Positions 48,587 through 57,950 of a DNA stretch of 61,608 bases are shown one piece after another. The stretch covers positions 94,236 through 155,843 of the forward strand of contig CAZVVW010000001.1 of assembly GCA_964630685.1 (NCBI GenBank). The letters run 5' to 3'. Each line of letters starts with the position of its first letter. The first letter of the stretch is position 1. Origin of the DNA: an uncultured Methanosarcinales archaeon (GTDB lineage: Archaea > Nanobdellota > Nanobdellia > Woesearchaeales > BS150m-G63). The position numbers and the translations under genes were made by a program. The notes beneath the pieces were generated by a model. That model was given only the letters and a program-made list of their open reading frames with translations. It made no database searches and was not told the DNA's origin.

Positions 48587-50149
48587 ATGAAAAACATTAA
48601 TTTAGAGGATCGTGTATTGGATAGCACTGCTTTAAGTACTAAAGAAGAGCTAAAACCATTAATAGATAATCTAAAAATAAATTTAACTAGTCGTTTTGGA
48701 AGAATTGCAGGTAGTTTTAAGGCGAGCGATTTAACTAAAAAAGTAATAGGTATGTATGGGGGGATTTACAAATCTCTCAAAAAAGAAGTATCTAAACAAA
48801 GAAAAAAAGAAGAATCGTCTGAAGATGAGTTTTTTCGTTCTTATTTAAGTTATGTTGCAAGTGAAGCTACAATCCAAATTTTAGGGAATGGAGAAGAAGG
48901 TGCTTTAGTGAGATCTTATGGGACTAGGAGACCAATCAATTTTAATCTAACACTTAATAAAACTGATCAAACAGCACTAACAGATGCTTCAAAAGGAATA
49001 TGTAATGCTGTTTTAAATTCTGGATCTTTGGATAATGTGAAATCAGAGATTAAGAGTTATCTTAGGACTATAGAAGATTATGTGTTGGAAAAAATGGATC
49101 AACCCATTCATTCTAATCTGAAAAAAAGATATAAAAATATGAATGTTAGTGGGAAAAACTTCAAAGTGAATGGAATAAAAAAACCTAAAGTATCTGATCA
49201 GAAAGAACCTGGTGTGGAAAATAATTATAAAAAAGGATTGGAAGAAGTGATACTCGACCCTGTCAGAAGGGACGATATCGTTGCAAATGAAATGGGTATT
49301 AATATTATTGAAACCGAAGTGCCTTGTTTATTACACTATGATTCTGTTGAAAAGAGAAATCCTTTTTTAGGATTCAACCAATATATTCTATTTGTTGGTG
49401 ATAAAGGAACTGGAAAAACAATGATGGCAAGATATGGTATGACTCTTGCTAAAGAAGTGGGTGAAAAAAATAATATTTCTTTATCATTAGTAAAACTAGA
49501 ATTTGAAGATAGATGGCAATATGGTCCTCTTGAGAATATTAGAAAACAATTTTCAGAGATTAGTGAAGGGACAAGACCTTATGTTATCTTTATTGATGAA
49601 ATTGATACAAAAATTCCTTCAAGAGGGAATGGATTAAAAGATGGATACAGAAAAGATGTAGTTGGAGAATTCCTTAAATTTCGTGGCGGAGGAGATTATA
49701 TCAATAAAGGTAATTATATTATTATGGCTACAACTAATGAGCCAAATAACATTGATCCTGCAATACTTAATGTGTTTAAAGTAGCAAATCTTAGAGGTCC
49801 TGAAACACCCCAAGATAAATTACAAGTGCTTTACAATAATCTACGTTCTGGAATATCTCAAGGGTATGTGCAAGTAGAAAAAGAAGAATGGGCAACAATA
49901 GGAAGGATGTTGGGTCAATATGAATTAACTGGAAGAGATTTAGTTAATATTGCTAATGGTGCTAGGGAAAAATATAGGGGCATTGCAACAAATATCCCTT
50001 TTATCGGAAGTGCAACTTCTAAAGAAAGAATGACTAAACAGATATTAAATAGAGATGGGTTAGCTTATGTTACAACAAAACAAGATATTATTGATTCTAT
50101 TACTTCGCAGATTGAAAAAGAAAAATTGATTGAGAGGTCTTATATCTAA
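48587..50149 (+). CDS. Classical-clade AAA ATPase with unknown N-terminal domain
   Basis: GDKGTGKT, IFIDEID, ATTNEPNNIDPAIL and LTGRDL motifs. Confidence 0.85.
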   Translation: MKNINLEDRVLDSTALSTKEELKPLIDNLKINLTSRFGRIAGSFKASDLTKKVIGMYGGIYKSLKKEVSKQRKKEESSEDEFFRSYLSYVASEATIQILGNGEEGALVRSYGTRRPINFNLTLNKTDQTALTDASKGICNAVLNSGSLDNVKSEIKSYLRTIEDYVLEKMDQPIHSNLKKRYKNMNVSGKNFKVNGIKKPKVSDQKEPGVENNYKKGLEEVILDPVRRDDIVANEMGINIIETEVPCLLHYDSVEKRNPFLGFNQYILFVGDKGTGKTMMARYGMTLAKEVGEKNNISLSLVKLEFEDRWQYGPLENIRKQFSEISEGTRPYVIFIDEIDTKIPSRGNGLKDGYRKDVVGEFLKFRGGGDYINKGNYIIMATTNEPNNIDPAILNVFKVANLRGPETPQDKLQVLYNNLRSGISQGYVQVEKEEWATIGRMLGQYELTGRDLVNIANGAREKYRGIATNIPFIGSATSKERMTKQILNRDGLAYVTTKQDIIDSITSQIEKEKLIERSYI

Positions 50150-50150
50150 A

Positions 50151-51806
50151 ATGCCAAAACCAAGAAATATAGATTATGAGAAAACGAGAAAAAGAATAAT
50201 AAGAGGATACAAAGATAGGGGATATAATATTGTTGATGGAAGTGGGGTGTCAGGAGAAAAACAAACGCTTCATAAGAAAGAAAAAAAGATTGATGAAAAA
50301 GAAAAACTACCAATCCAAGATATTGAAAAAAAAGAAGATGGTGGTAATGGCAAAGATAATAATTTAGAAAAAACAGTGAATCAAGAATTTAATCCTATAA
50401 TTAGAACCAAACATGTAGCAAGAAACACTTCAAGGCCATTACATAAACTTCATTCTGTGTATAAAACAATTGAAGATAAAGCATTATATTTATCTCCTGT
50501 TTTGGATGTTGATTTTTCTAATGGGAACAATCTTTCTTTAGGGGAAGGAAAAACTGAAAGTATCACTCTTGGTGGAGAAGCGTATAATTCTGTACTTCTT
50601 TACACTCTTCTTACGAGTGTTATGGATAAAGGAAAAATGTTGGTTTGTGGACCTCCTGGTTCTGGTAAGACGAGTAGTTCAAGATTTATTGGTAGTGCTG
50701 TGAATAATCTGCTTGTGGATTATATCAAACACGCTACACTCTATGGTCACCCTGAACAAACAGAAGAAAAAATGATTGCGATGTTTGATCCTATTAAAAT
50801 GATTAGGGGTGAAAGAAAACTGATTGTGAGGGATTTTTTGAAAAGCCCAATAAAAGTTATAGATGAAGTTAATAGACTGCGTCCTGAATCATTATCAATA
50901 TTGTATGAGCTATTAAATTCTGGCTCTGTAACTTATCAAGGCCAATTGATTAAAGCGCGAAAAGGACCTTTGTTTGCAACAGCAAATGCTTCGGATTCTG
51001 GAAATTATGACATACCCCCTCCATTTATGGATAGATTTAATGTTGCTGTTTTTGTAGATACAATTAACCCATATTATTTAGAGAGTTTTGAAAAACAAAG
51101 AATGGGTAATTCTAATAATTTAGAAAGTATGGTGAAGATTAATGACCCTTTAACTCCGCAAGATTTGGGGGTAATAAAAAGAGACCTCTATAATGTGAAT
51201 ATGCCTTCTGAAGAAATGGGGCGAATAGCTCATTTTTTAGCAGAATTAAGTGGGTGTGATATGGCTGGGGTAAGTATTGAAAGAAAAACTAAAGGTAACA
51301 CAACTGAAAAAAAACCTCCTGCGCTATGTAATGATTGTCATTTTTATGGAACAGAAAAATCTATCTGCTACAAAACAGAAGATGGATTATCTGCAAGAGC
51401 TCTTGAGAGTGTTGTTAATTATAGTAAGGCGCTTACTTACTGGAGAGGAAAAAACACTGTTGGAAGCGATGATGTTGCAGCTGTAGTGCCTTATGCAACA
51501 TGGTTTAGAGTAAGTCCAACAAGGGCTGCTTTTGAAAAAGAACCAAGATATGTAAATGACAGAATTGGATTAATGAAAGATCTATTTGATGTTTCTTCAC
51601 AAAGTTATGATGAAATAGTTAAAGCTATGCCAGAGTATAAACAGATAACTGCTCTTGTTTATTCAAGCACGAATGGAAATAGTTCTAGTATTAATGTGCA
51701 AAAAAATGAAATTAAAAGAATGATTGAAACTGCTGGAAAATTAGATAGTACAGCTAAATTTCCTTTGATAATATCATTGAAAAAAATGTATAATTATGCC
51801 AAATGA
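50151..51806 (+). CDS. MoxR-like AAA+ ATPase
   Basis: GPPGSGKT, IDEVNR, ATAN, FMDRF and LSARA motifs. ATG 50151 is the likely start. Confidence 0.85.
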   Translation: MPKPRNIDYEKTRKRIIRGYKDRGYNIVDGSGVSGEKQTLHKKEKKIDEKEKLPIQDIEKKEDGGNGKDNNLEKTVNQEFNPIIRTKHVARNTSRPLHKLHSVYKTIEDKALYLSPVLDVDFSNGNNLSLGEGKTESITLGGEAYNSVLLYTLLTSVMDKGKMLVCGPPGSGKTSSSRFIGSAVNNLLVDYIKHATLYGHPEQTEEKMIAMFDPIKMIRGERKLIVRDFLKSPIKVIDEVNRLRPESLSILYELLNSGSVTYQGQLIKARKGPLFATANASDSGNYDIPPPFMDRFNVAVFVDTINPYYLESFEKQRMGNSNNLESMVKINDPLTPQDLGVIKRDLYNVNMPSEEMGRIAHFLAELSGCDMAGVSIERKTKGNTTEKKPPALCNDCHFYGTEKSICYKTEDGLSARALESVVNYSKALTYWRGKNTVGSDDVAAVVPYATWFRVSPTRAAFEKEPRYVNDRIGLMKDLFDVSSQSYDEIVKAMPEYKQITALVYSSTNGNSSSINVQKNEIKRMIETAGKLDSTAKFPLIISLKKMYNYAK

Positions 51807-51850
51807 AATAAGACTTAAAGAGTCTTAAATCATTTTAAGAAAAAATTAAA

Positions 51851-53479
51851 ATGATATCAGAAAAACAGATAGACTGGACATGGAATAAAGTAAAAGAGTT
51901 TTGGACTCATGTTAATCTAGATAAACCTAAAGTGTATATGCGAGAAGAACAAGAAGGGTTGGGGGGAGAAATTGCTGCTTTTGATCAGGCAAATAAAAAA
52001 GTATATGTTGATGAAGCCAATCTAGAAAAAATACTTGGAAAAGATAAATTTGGAACTGTGTTAAATCACGAAGTTGGACATCATAAATTATGCCCTGTTA
52101 ATCTTAGAGAATATTTTAGACTTACTGCTAATGCTTACAAAGTTACAAGAAACATCAAATTATCTAAATTAGTAGAGAATCTTTTTGCAGATTTAATTGT
52201 GAATACTCATTTGTATGAAGAAGGTAATAAACAGATAGTTGATGTGTATAAAGAATTTTCAAAGCAGAATAAAACAAAGATGTGGCAATTCTATATGGCT
52301 ACTTTTGAAAATATGCTTGGAAAACCAGGAATCATCAATAATAAAGAAATGAAAGAAGAGATGAAAAAAGATGCTGCTAAACTTGGAGAAATGATGTCTA
52401 AATCTGTGTACAAACAAAGTGAATGGCCAAAATCCATCAGAGAATTAGCTAAATATGTTAAAAAGTATATGGAACAGGATGCTCAACCACAAGGAGATGG
52501 AATTTCAAAAAAGCAGAATAAAGAAAAAAATATGAAAAAACAAAAAGAAACTATGATGGATGAACAAGGAGTTAGTGATTTTCTTCCGTTCAAAAAATAT
52601 AGTAAAAACAAGGAAGTTCGTAAACAACAAGCAAAGGTTGTTGAAAAAGAGTTAAAGGGGTTATCAAAAGAAATTGGGGGAGATGATTTTAAAAAAGTGC
52701 TTAAGGGTCTTGGATTAGGAACTGACTCGCAAGCAAAAATCTGGCTTTATAGAGATTTGGCTTCTAGCTATATGTTAGACTTGCCAAAAAATATGGCAGG
52801 TGTTAAATCTAGTGTGCCTTTGGTTCCTGAAAAATGGAGAGTTTCAGACCCTGCTGAAAAATTAAATGTAGAGTATTCTCTTTCAAATTTTGGGATTTTG
52901 GTGCCTAATGTAACAACTTATCAATTTAATTCAAAAAAACACAGTTATCGGGTTGAGGGAGATGAGGCTCCTGATTTATTGATAGCTATTGATTCAAGTG
53001 GAAGCATGCCAGATCCAGACCACTACATGTCTTTTCCTGTGCTGTCTGCTATATTATCTGCACGAACAGCACTTGAATATGGGAAAAAAGTAGGGGTTGT
53101 TAATTTTTCAAATTCACATAAAAAAGTAGATTTTACTAATGACAGTCAAAAAATAGACGAAGCGCTTACTTCATATATTGGAAATGGAACAGAAATTCCT
53201 GGTAAAGTTATAAGAGATATGATTAGCAAAAACAAGTATCCTTCACATTTATTGATTATCAGCGATACTGAAATCTATAATCTAAAGCCAGAAATAATTA
53301 ATCTAGAATATGCGCTTAAGAAAGGAAAAGCGGGCGGAACTATCTTTTTAGATTGTAAACCATCTCATAACACAAAGATGCTTTCGGAGATTGGATTTGA
53401 TGTACAATTTACAAGAAATTTTTCAGATTTAGCAGATTTGAGTCTTAAAAAAACAAAGGGGTTGTATGAGAAAACATAG
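51851..53479 (+). CDS. HEXXH metallopeptidase-like + vWA protein
   Basis: HEVGH...N..AD..VN at the N-terminus; MIDAS DSSGS, GT and ISD at the C-terminus. Confidence 0.85.
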   Translation: MISEKQIDWTWNKVKEFWTHVNLDKPKVYMREEQEGLGGEIAAFDQANKKVYVDEANLEKILGKDKFGTVLNHEVGHHKLCPVNLREYFRLTANAYKVTRNIKLSKLVENLFADLIVNTHLYEEGNKQIVDVYKEFSKQNKTKMWQFYMATFENMLGKPGIINNKEMKEEMKKDAAKLGEMMSKSVYKQSEWPKSIRELAKYVKKYMEQDAQPQGDGISKKQNKEKNMKKQKETMMDEQGVSDFLPFKKYSKNKEVRKQQAKVVEKELKGLSKEIGGDDFKKVLKGLGLGTDSQAKIWLYRDLASSYMLDLPKNMAGVKSSVPLVPEKWRVSDPAEKLNVEYSLSNFGILVPNVTTYQFNSKKHSYRVEGDEAPDLLIAIDSSGSMPDPDHYMSFPVLSAILSARTALEYGKKVGVVNFSNSHKKVDFTNDSQKIDEALTSYIGNGTEIPGKVIRDMISKNKYPSHLLIISDTEIYNLKPEIINLEYALKKGKAGGTIFLDCKPSHNTKMLSEIGFDVQFTRNFSDLADLSLKKTKGLYEKT

Positions 53480-53493
53480 AAAAGGTGAAAAAA

Positions 53494-54987
53494 ATGACAC
53501 TAAACATATTAAATAAGGATTTTTTCAAGACAGATATAGGTAAAAGGCTTGCTAAGAAGTATTTTGGTTATGATTATAGTGAAAAACCAAAAAATGATAT
53601 GGGGTTTTCCCAGAGTTTTGCTAGAAAAAGTTCCATTGATGAGACTGTTCAAGAAAAAAATGAACAGGATAATAGAAATGGTGTGGGAATTATTGATGTA
53701 TCAGAATCTTTGCCTGAACAATTACCCCTATTAGAAGAAGTTGTTGAAGAACCCAACTTCAAGGAATTGTTTCCTGACTGCGGTAAACAAAAGAAAAATG
53801 TTAATCAAAAAAATAATGGTGTTGGCGCTGTTGCACCTATAAAATCTATAAAATCTATGAACAACACCTTAGAATTGAATGAATTGGTTAATTATTACAA
53901 ACATCTTGGTCTTGTTGGGGAAGAAAATATTGCGTGTGCAATGACTTTAGCTGCGATTAATGGTTCTTCATTTGGAGTTGAAGGCTATAGTGGTTCTGGG
54001 AAAACTTTTGTTGTGGATAAATTAGTGGATAATCTTTTGCCAGATGTTTATAGAATCCAACAATCAAGCAAATTGGCTATTTTTAATGATATTGATAAAA
54101 TTAATGGAAGTAAATTTATTTATATTCCTGAACTTCAAAAAGCAATGAAAGATAAGAAATCTCCAATTATTGAAGTAATTAAAGATCTTACTGAAGGAAA
54201 AGATGCTAACAGAATTGTGACAAGTAGAAAAGGGAAAGGTGTAACAGAATATTCAATTAAGAGTGGCGTTAGTGTGATATATACGCTTGCTTTGGAGAAT
54301 TATTTCAAAAAAGACGAAGAGAGTTCTAGAAGATTGATTAGGCTTAGAACTGATTCTTCCCAAGAACACTTAGATGAAATACATGAAACTAAAGCAAAAA
54401 ATAGATATTCTATTGGGAAAAGTAAGTGTGCTATGAAAAAATTAGAGCAAAAAGTTAAGGAACATGTCAGTGATTGTATTGCACTTAATGAAATAAATAT
54501 CATTGATCCTTTTTCAGAATACGTAACTGATATAATTCCAAAAACACAAAAATCAGTTGGTTATATCGACCATTATTACTCTTTGTTAGATGGGTGCGCA
54601 AAATTCCATTATAATCAAAGACAAAAAGTGGATATTGGTGGAGAAACTTATTTGATTGTAAACTTAGAAGACCATTACAATGTGTTTCAGATGTATTTTA
54701 ATGAATTCGCTCAAACGCTGAAAGATCTAGCAACAGATGAGGATAAATTAAGGGAGCTGAGTGTAGTTGATAGACCTAATTGGGAAAAATGTTTTTATGA
54801 TGGATGTGAAATAATGACTAATAGTGCTGAATTAAAAAAGCTGAGAAACCAATATCCTGGTGTGATAAAAGATTGGTATGATTCACAAGTTAACAATAAT
54901 GTTATAAATACTATTGATTACATGGATGGTAAAGACAAAATAATCGTTAATGTTAACCTTATTTTAGGTGGGGAAGATGGTAAATGA
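53494..54987 (+). CDS. P-loop ATPase (primase-associated/MCM-like AAA+)
   Basis: GLVGEE, GYSGSGKT, IYIPE, SRR and DSSQEH motifs; AGGTGA RBS before ATG 53494. Confidence 0.7.
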   Translation: MTLNILNKDFFKTDIGKRLAKKYFGYDYSEKPKNDMGFSQSFARKSSIDETVQEKNEQDNRNGVGIIDVSESLPEQLPLLEEVVEEPNFKELFPDCGKQKKNVNQKNNGVGAVAPIKSIKSMNNTLELNELVNYYKHLGLVGEENIACAMTLAAINGSSFGVEGYSGSGKTFVVDKLVDNLLPDVYRIQQSSKLAIFNDIDKINGSKFIYIPELQKAMKDKKSPIIEVIKDLTEGKDANRIVTSRKGKGVTEYSIKSGVSVIYTLALENYFKKDEESSRRLIRLRTDSSQEHLDEIHETKAKNRYSIGKSKCAMKKLEQKVKEHVSDCIALNEINIIDPFSEYVTDIIPKTQKSVGYIDHYYSLLDGCAKFHYNQRQKVDIGGETYLIVNLEDHYNVFQMYFNEFAQTLKDLATDEDKLRELSVVDRPNWEKCFYDGCEIMTNSAELKKLRNQYPGVIKDWYDSQVNNNVINTIDYMDGKDKIIVNVNLILGGEDGK

Positions 54988-57094
54988 GAAGGATTTGTGG
55001 GGACTTGTAAAAGAAAGATATTTACCAGAACATTCTAAAAGTACAAAAGAATTAAACAAGGCGCTAAAGAAACTATATGCTCTTGAACTTCAATCTGATT
55101 TCAAAAGCCTTGAAAAAATCATTGGTGGAGAAGATGTATCTTTAAATGAACTAGATTCTATTGCTGAAAGAGTGCAAGAAGCGCGTTATACTGAGAGTGA
55201 TTTTTCTTTGTTAGGGTACAGAACAGAAAATTCAGATAAAAAAACCAAACAAGTTAATATTGTTAGTAAAGGATTGGAAAATGCACTCAAAAAATTAAGT
55301 GGTAGAAAATACAACGAACTTGAGAGACTACAAAAAGATATGAAAAAGAACAAGCATAATCTTGGTATACTTTCTTCACTTAGAGCTTCTGCAAATGAAA
55401 TAAATAATCTTTTATTTGGCGAAGGAGATAAGAAAGGAGTGTATGAATTAAGTAGAAAAGATGCACCTGAATTAACTCAAAATTATCATGAACAAAAAAA
55501 AGTTATTGAAGAAGTAAATGAAAGAGTTGAGCTAATTAAAAAAAGTTATGCTAATTTTGATTTGAAATTTGATTATAAAAAAGAGCTGAAAGGGTTAAAA
55601 AAAGAAACTCGTGTTGGATGGATATTTAATGGGGATCTTGCAAAAAAATACAAAAAAGCAGGATATTATGAAGGATTAATTGAACTCAAGTGGCTTAATC
55701 GTGAAGTAAAAGATATGCTTGCGTATTCTGAAACTTATTTAGAAAACAAAGAAGAAATTAGTAGAGATATATCTGAAATAAAAAATGTTCAAAGAAAACT
55801 GTCTTCTTTGGGTGCTGATAAATTAAAGAAGACTGCTGAAGAGTATAGTGTTGGGAAATATAACGATGAAAATTCTTTTTATCTTGAAAAAGATGTTGAT
55901 GAATATGATTCGCTTGTTGAATCTTTACATAAAAAAATAGATGGGAGACTAAAAAAAGAAGTAAAAACACTTAATGAAGATTACAAAAGATTAGAATCTA
56001 TTGGAATTAGTGAGAAAAAGAAAAAACAATTAAAAGGGCTTGCTGCAAAATTTGATGTGGTTGGGGATGATGAAGGAAAGAAAAAAGCGGTTGGACTTGC
56101 GCAAAAAACTGGAAAAAAACTAGACGATATGTGTAATGCAGAGGATATGGATTTTAAGTATACTATTTCTGATAAGGTTTTGTATAGAGCAAGAAATGAT
56201 ATGATCTATGATGTTAGGGATTTTATACAACCAGATAATCCAATATTGAAAGAAGTTGTTGAAAAAGAAGGGTTAAATGATGGCTCTCTTGATGATGTTG
56301 CATATAACTGCATGAAATGGGTGCAGAGAAACATAAAATATACTCCAGACCCTCAATTTACTGAAGAAGATGAAGAATGGCTTATGCCTACTGAAACTAT
56401 ACAGACAGGTAAAGGTGACTGTGAAGACGGCACTAATTTGATTGTTTCTTTGATGAGAAATTCAGGAGTTCCTGCTTATCGTGTTAAAAATGCTTGTGGA
56501 GAAGTTGATGAAGGTGGACATAGTTGGCCCATCTATCTTCGTGAAAAAGATAATGAATGGGTGATTATGGATTGGTGTTATAAACCTAATTCAAGAAAAG
56601 TTGAAAATCGTGGACTATCAAAGAATAATAAGGATTATAATTCTATAGATTTTACGTTTAATGACGAACATTCGTGGGCAGATACTGCGATTGATATTGA
56701 TGGAAAAGTTGCTAGTCGTGGGAAAAAAGATGTTGTTAGTGCGCCAAAAGTGATTATTGATGAAAATGTATTGGGTGATGTTGGAGAAGGAAATTTTTCT
56801 CTTCCTTTGTATGTTACTGGGATGGGTTTGCCTGATAATTTTAGATATATTGGTTTGAAAAAAATCTTAGAAGGTAGAAATGGCGAAAAAAACTGGAGTG
56901 AAAGATTTGATAACTTTTGTAATGAATTAAATAATGTTAAAATTGAAAGTGAAAATGACTATATGTATCTTTCTGGAATTTTAAATGGATTAAAAAAATC
57001 AATAGAATATCCAGATAGATTCTTAGATGTAAAAGGGGCTGAGAAAGCATATAACAGCATAGATAAAATTGTTAAGGGGTATGGTGTTAGTTAG
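54977..57094 (+). CDS. Coiled-coil protein with transglutaminase-like cysteine protease domain
   Basis: WVQRNIKY..D, W..P.ET, GDCEDG, GHSW and MDW motifs; about 390-aa helical N-terminus. Confidence 0.82.
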   Translation: MVNEKDLWGLVKERYLPEHSKSTKELNKALKKLYALELQSDFKSLEKIIGGEDVSLNELDSIAERVQEARYTESDFSLLGYRTENSDKKTKQVNIVSKGLENALKKLSGRKYNELERLQKDMKKNKHNLGILSSLRASANEINNLLFGEGDKKGVYELSRKDAPELTQNYHEQKKVIEEVNERVELIKKSYANFDLKFDYKKELKGLKKETRVGWIFNGDLAKKYKKAGYYEGLIELKWLNREVKDMLAYSETYLENKEEISRDISEIKNVQRKLSSLGADKLKKTAEEYSVGKYNDENSFYLEKDVDEYDSLVESLHKKIDGRLKKEVKTLNEDYKRLESIGISEKKKKQLKGLAAKFDVVGDDEGKKKAVGLAQKTGKKLDDMCNAEDMDFKYTISDKVLYRARNDMIYDVRDFIQPDNPILKEVVEKEGLNDGSLDDVAYNCMKWVQRNIKYTPDPQFTEEDEEWLMPTETIQTGKGDCEDGTNLIVSLMRNSGVPAYRVKNACGEVDEGGHSWPIYLREKDNEWVIMDWCYKPNSRKVENRGLSKNNKDYNSIDFTFNDEHSWADTAIDIDGKVASRGKKDVVSAPKVIIDENVLGDVGEGNFSLPLYVTGMGLPDNFRYIGLKKILEGRNGEKNWSERFDNFCNELNNVKIESENDYMYLSGILNGLKKSIEYPDRFLDVKGAEKAYNSIDKIVKGYGVS

Positions 57095-57112
57095 ATTGGT
57101 TAGATTGATTGA

Positions 57113-57832
57113 CTATTTAGCAGATTCCCACAATAAAGAAAAGTATTTCTTATAAGATTCTGCTATAGCTTTATTTTTTATTTGGATATTTAATAATGGT
57201 TTAGTCCAAAGAGTTAAGAAAACTTCTTCTCCACAAACAACTGTAGATACTTGAGAGTCAAATCTTTCTGGAAGATATTTTGCAGAAGTTAATGCTATTT
57301 TATTTAAGAAAGTGATTCTTTCTTTAGCATCATGATTGTAAATGTGTTTCATAGGTATTTTTTGGGTTATTCTTTCTTTATGGAAATGAGGGATTTGTGT
57401 TTTTACTATTTCTGGTGCTGTTGGAGGAATTCCATAAGCGATTATTTCTTCTTTATATTTAAGTAATCCATATAAAAGATTCATAAATGATTGTACTCCT
57501 TCAAAAATATGCGCTTCCCCCCTTGATTGGGCTAATTTTTTGCTCATCATTAATTGTGGAAGAATTTCTTTAATTTTATTTTCTTTATCTTTAATAATTC
57601 TAAGTAAAGCTTTTGGATTTGTTGCTTCATATAATGTTGTATTGTCTCTTTGTATATATGCAGTAAGTCCTTTATCTGTTAATTTTTTTAGAGAATCATA
57701 AACATTTGCTCTGTGTAATTTACATTTATTAGATATAGAAGTCACTGTGCTTAATCCCAATCCCAAGAGTGTTGTGTAAATTTTAGCTTCATTAGGACTT
57801 AATCCGATTTCTTCTAAAATATCTTCATTCAT
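57113..57832 (-). CDS. TrmB-family transcriptional regulator
   Basis: LEEIGLSPNEAKIY...HRANVYDSLKKL..KG; C-terminal effector domain ending FSLLW. Confidence 0.9.
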   Translation of the reverse strand: MNEDILEEIGLSPNEAKIYTTLLGLGLSTVTSISNKCKLHRANVYDSLKKLTDKGLTAYIQRDNTTLYEATNPKALLRIIKDKENKIKEILPQLMMSKKLAQSRGEAHIFEGVQSFMNLLYGLLKYKEEIIAYGIPPTAPEIVKTQIPHFHKERITQKIPMKHIYNHDAKERITFLNKIALTSAKYLPERFDSQVSTVVCGEEVFLTLWTKPLLNIQIKNKAIAESYKKYFSLLWESAK

Positions 57833-57841
57833 TTTGATTTA

Positions 57842-57856
57842 ACGGAATATTTCCGT
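57842..57856. promoter_or_regulatory. Palindrome upstream of TrmB
   Basis: ACGGAA-TAT-TTCCGT in the divergent intergenic region. Confidence 0.45.
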
Positions 57857-57950
57857 ATTTCCTATAAAAATATATATAAAACAGAAAACTATATAAATAT
57901 TGTGATTAATATTACTAATTAGTAGTGAAATTAATTTTAAGGTTATAAAA

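Noticed and set aside
44423..57094. Provirus or plasmid interpretation of the cluster
   Set aside because: No recognisable integrase, terminase, capsid, primase domain or att repeats. It cannot be fully excluded without structure searches.
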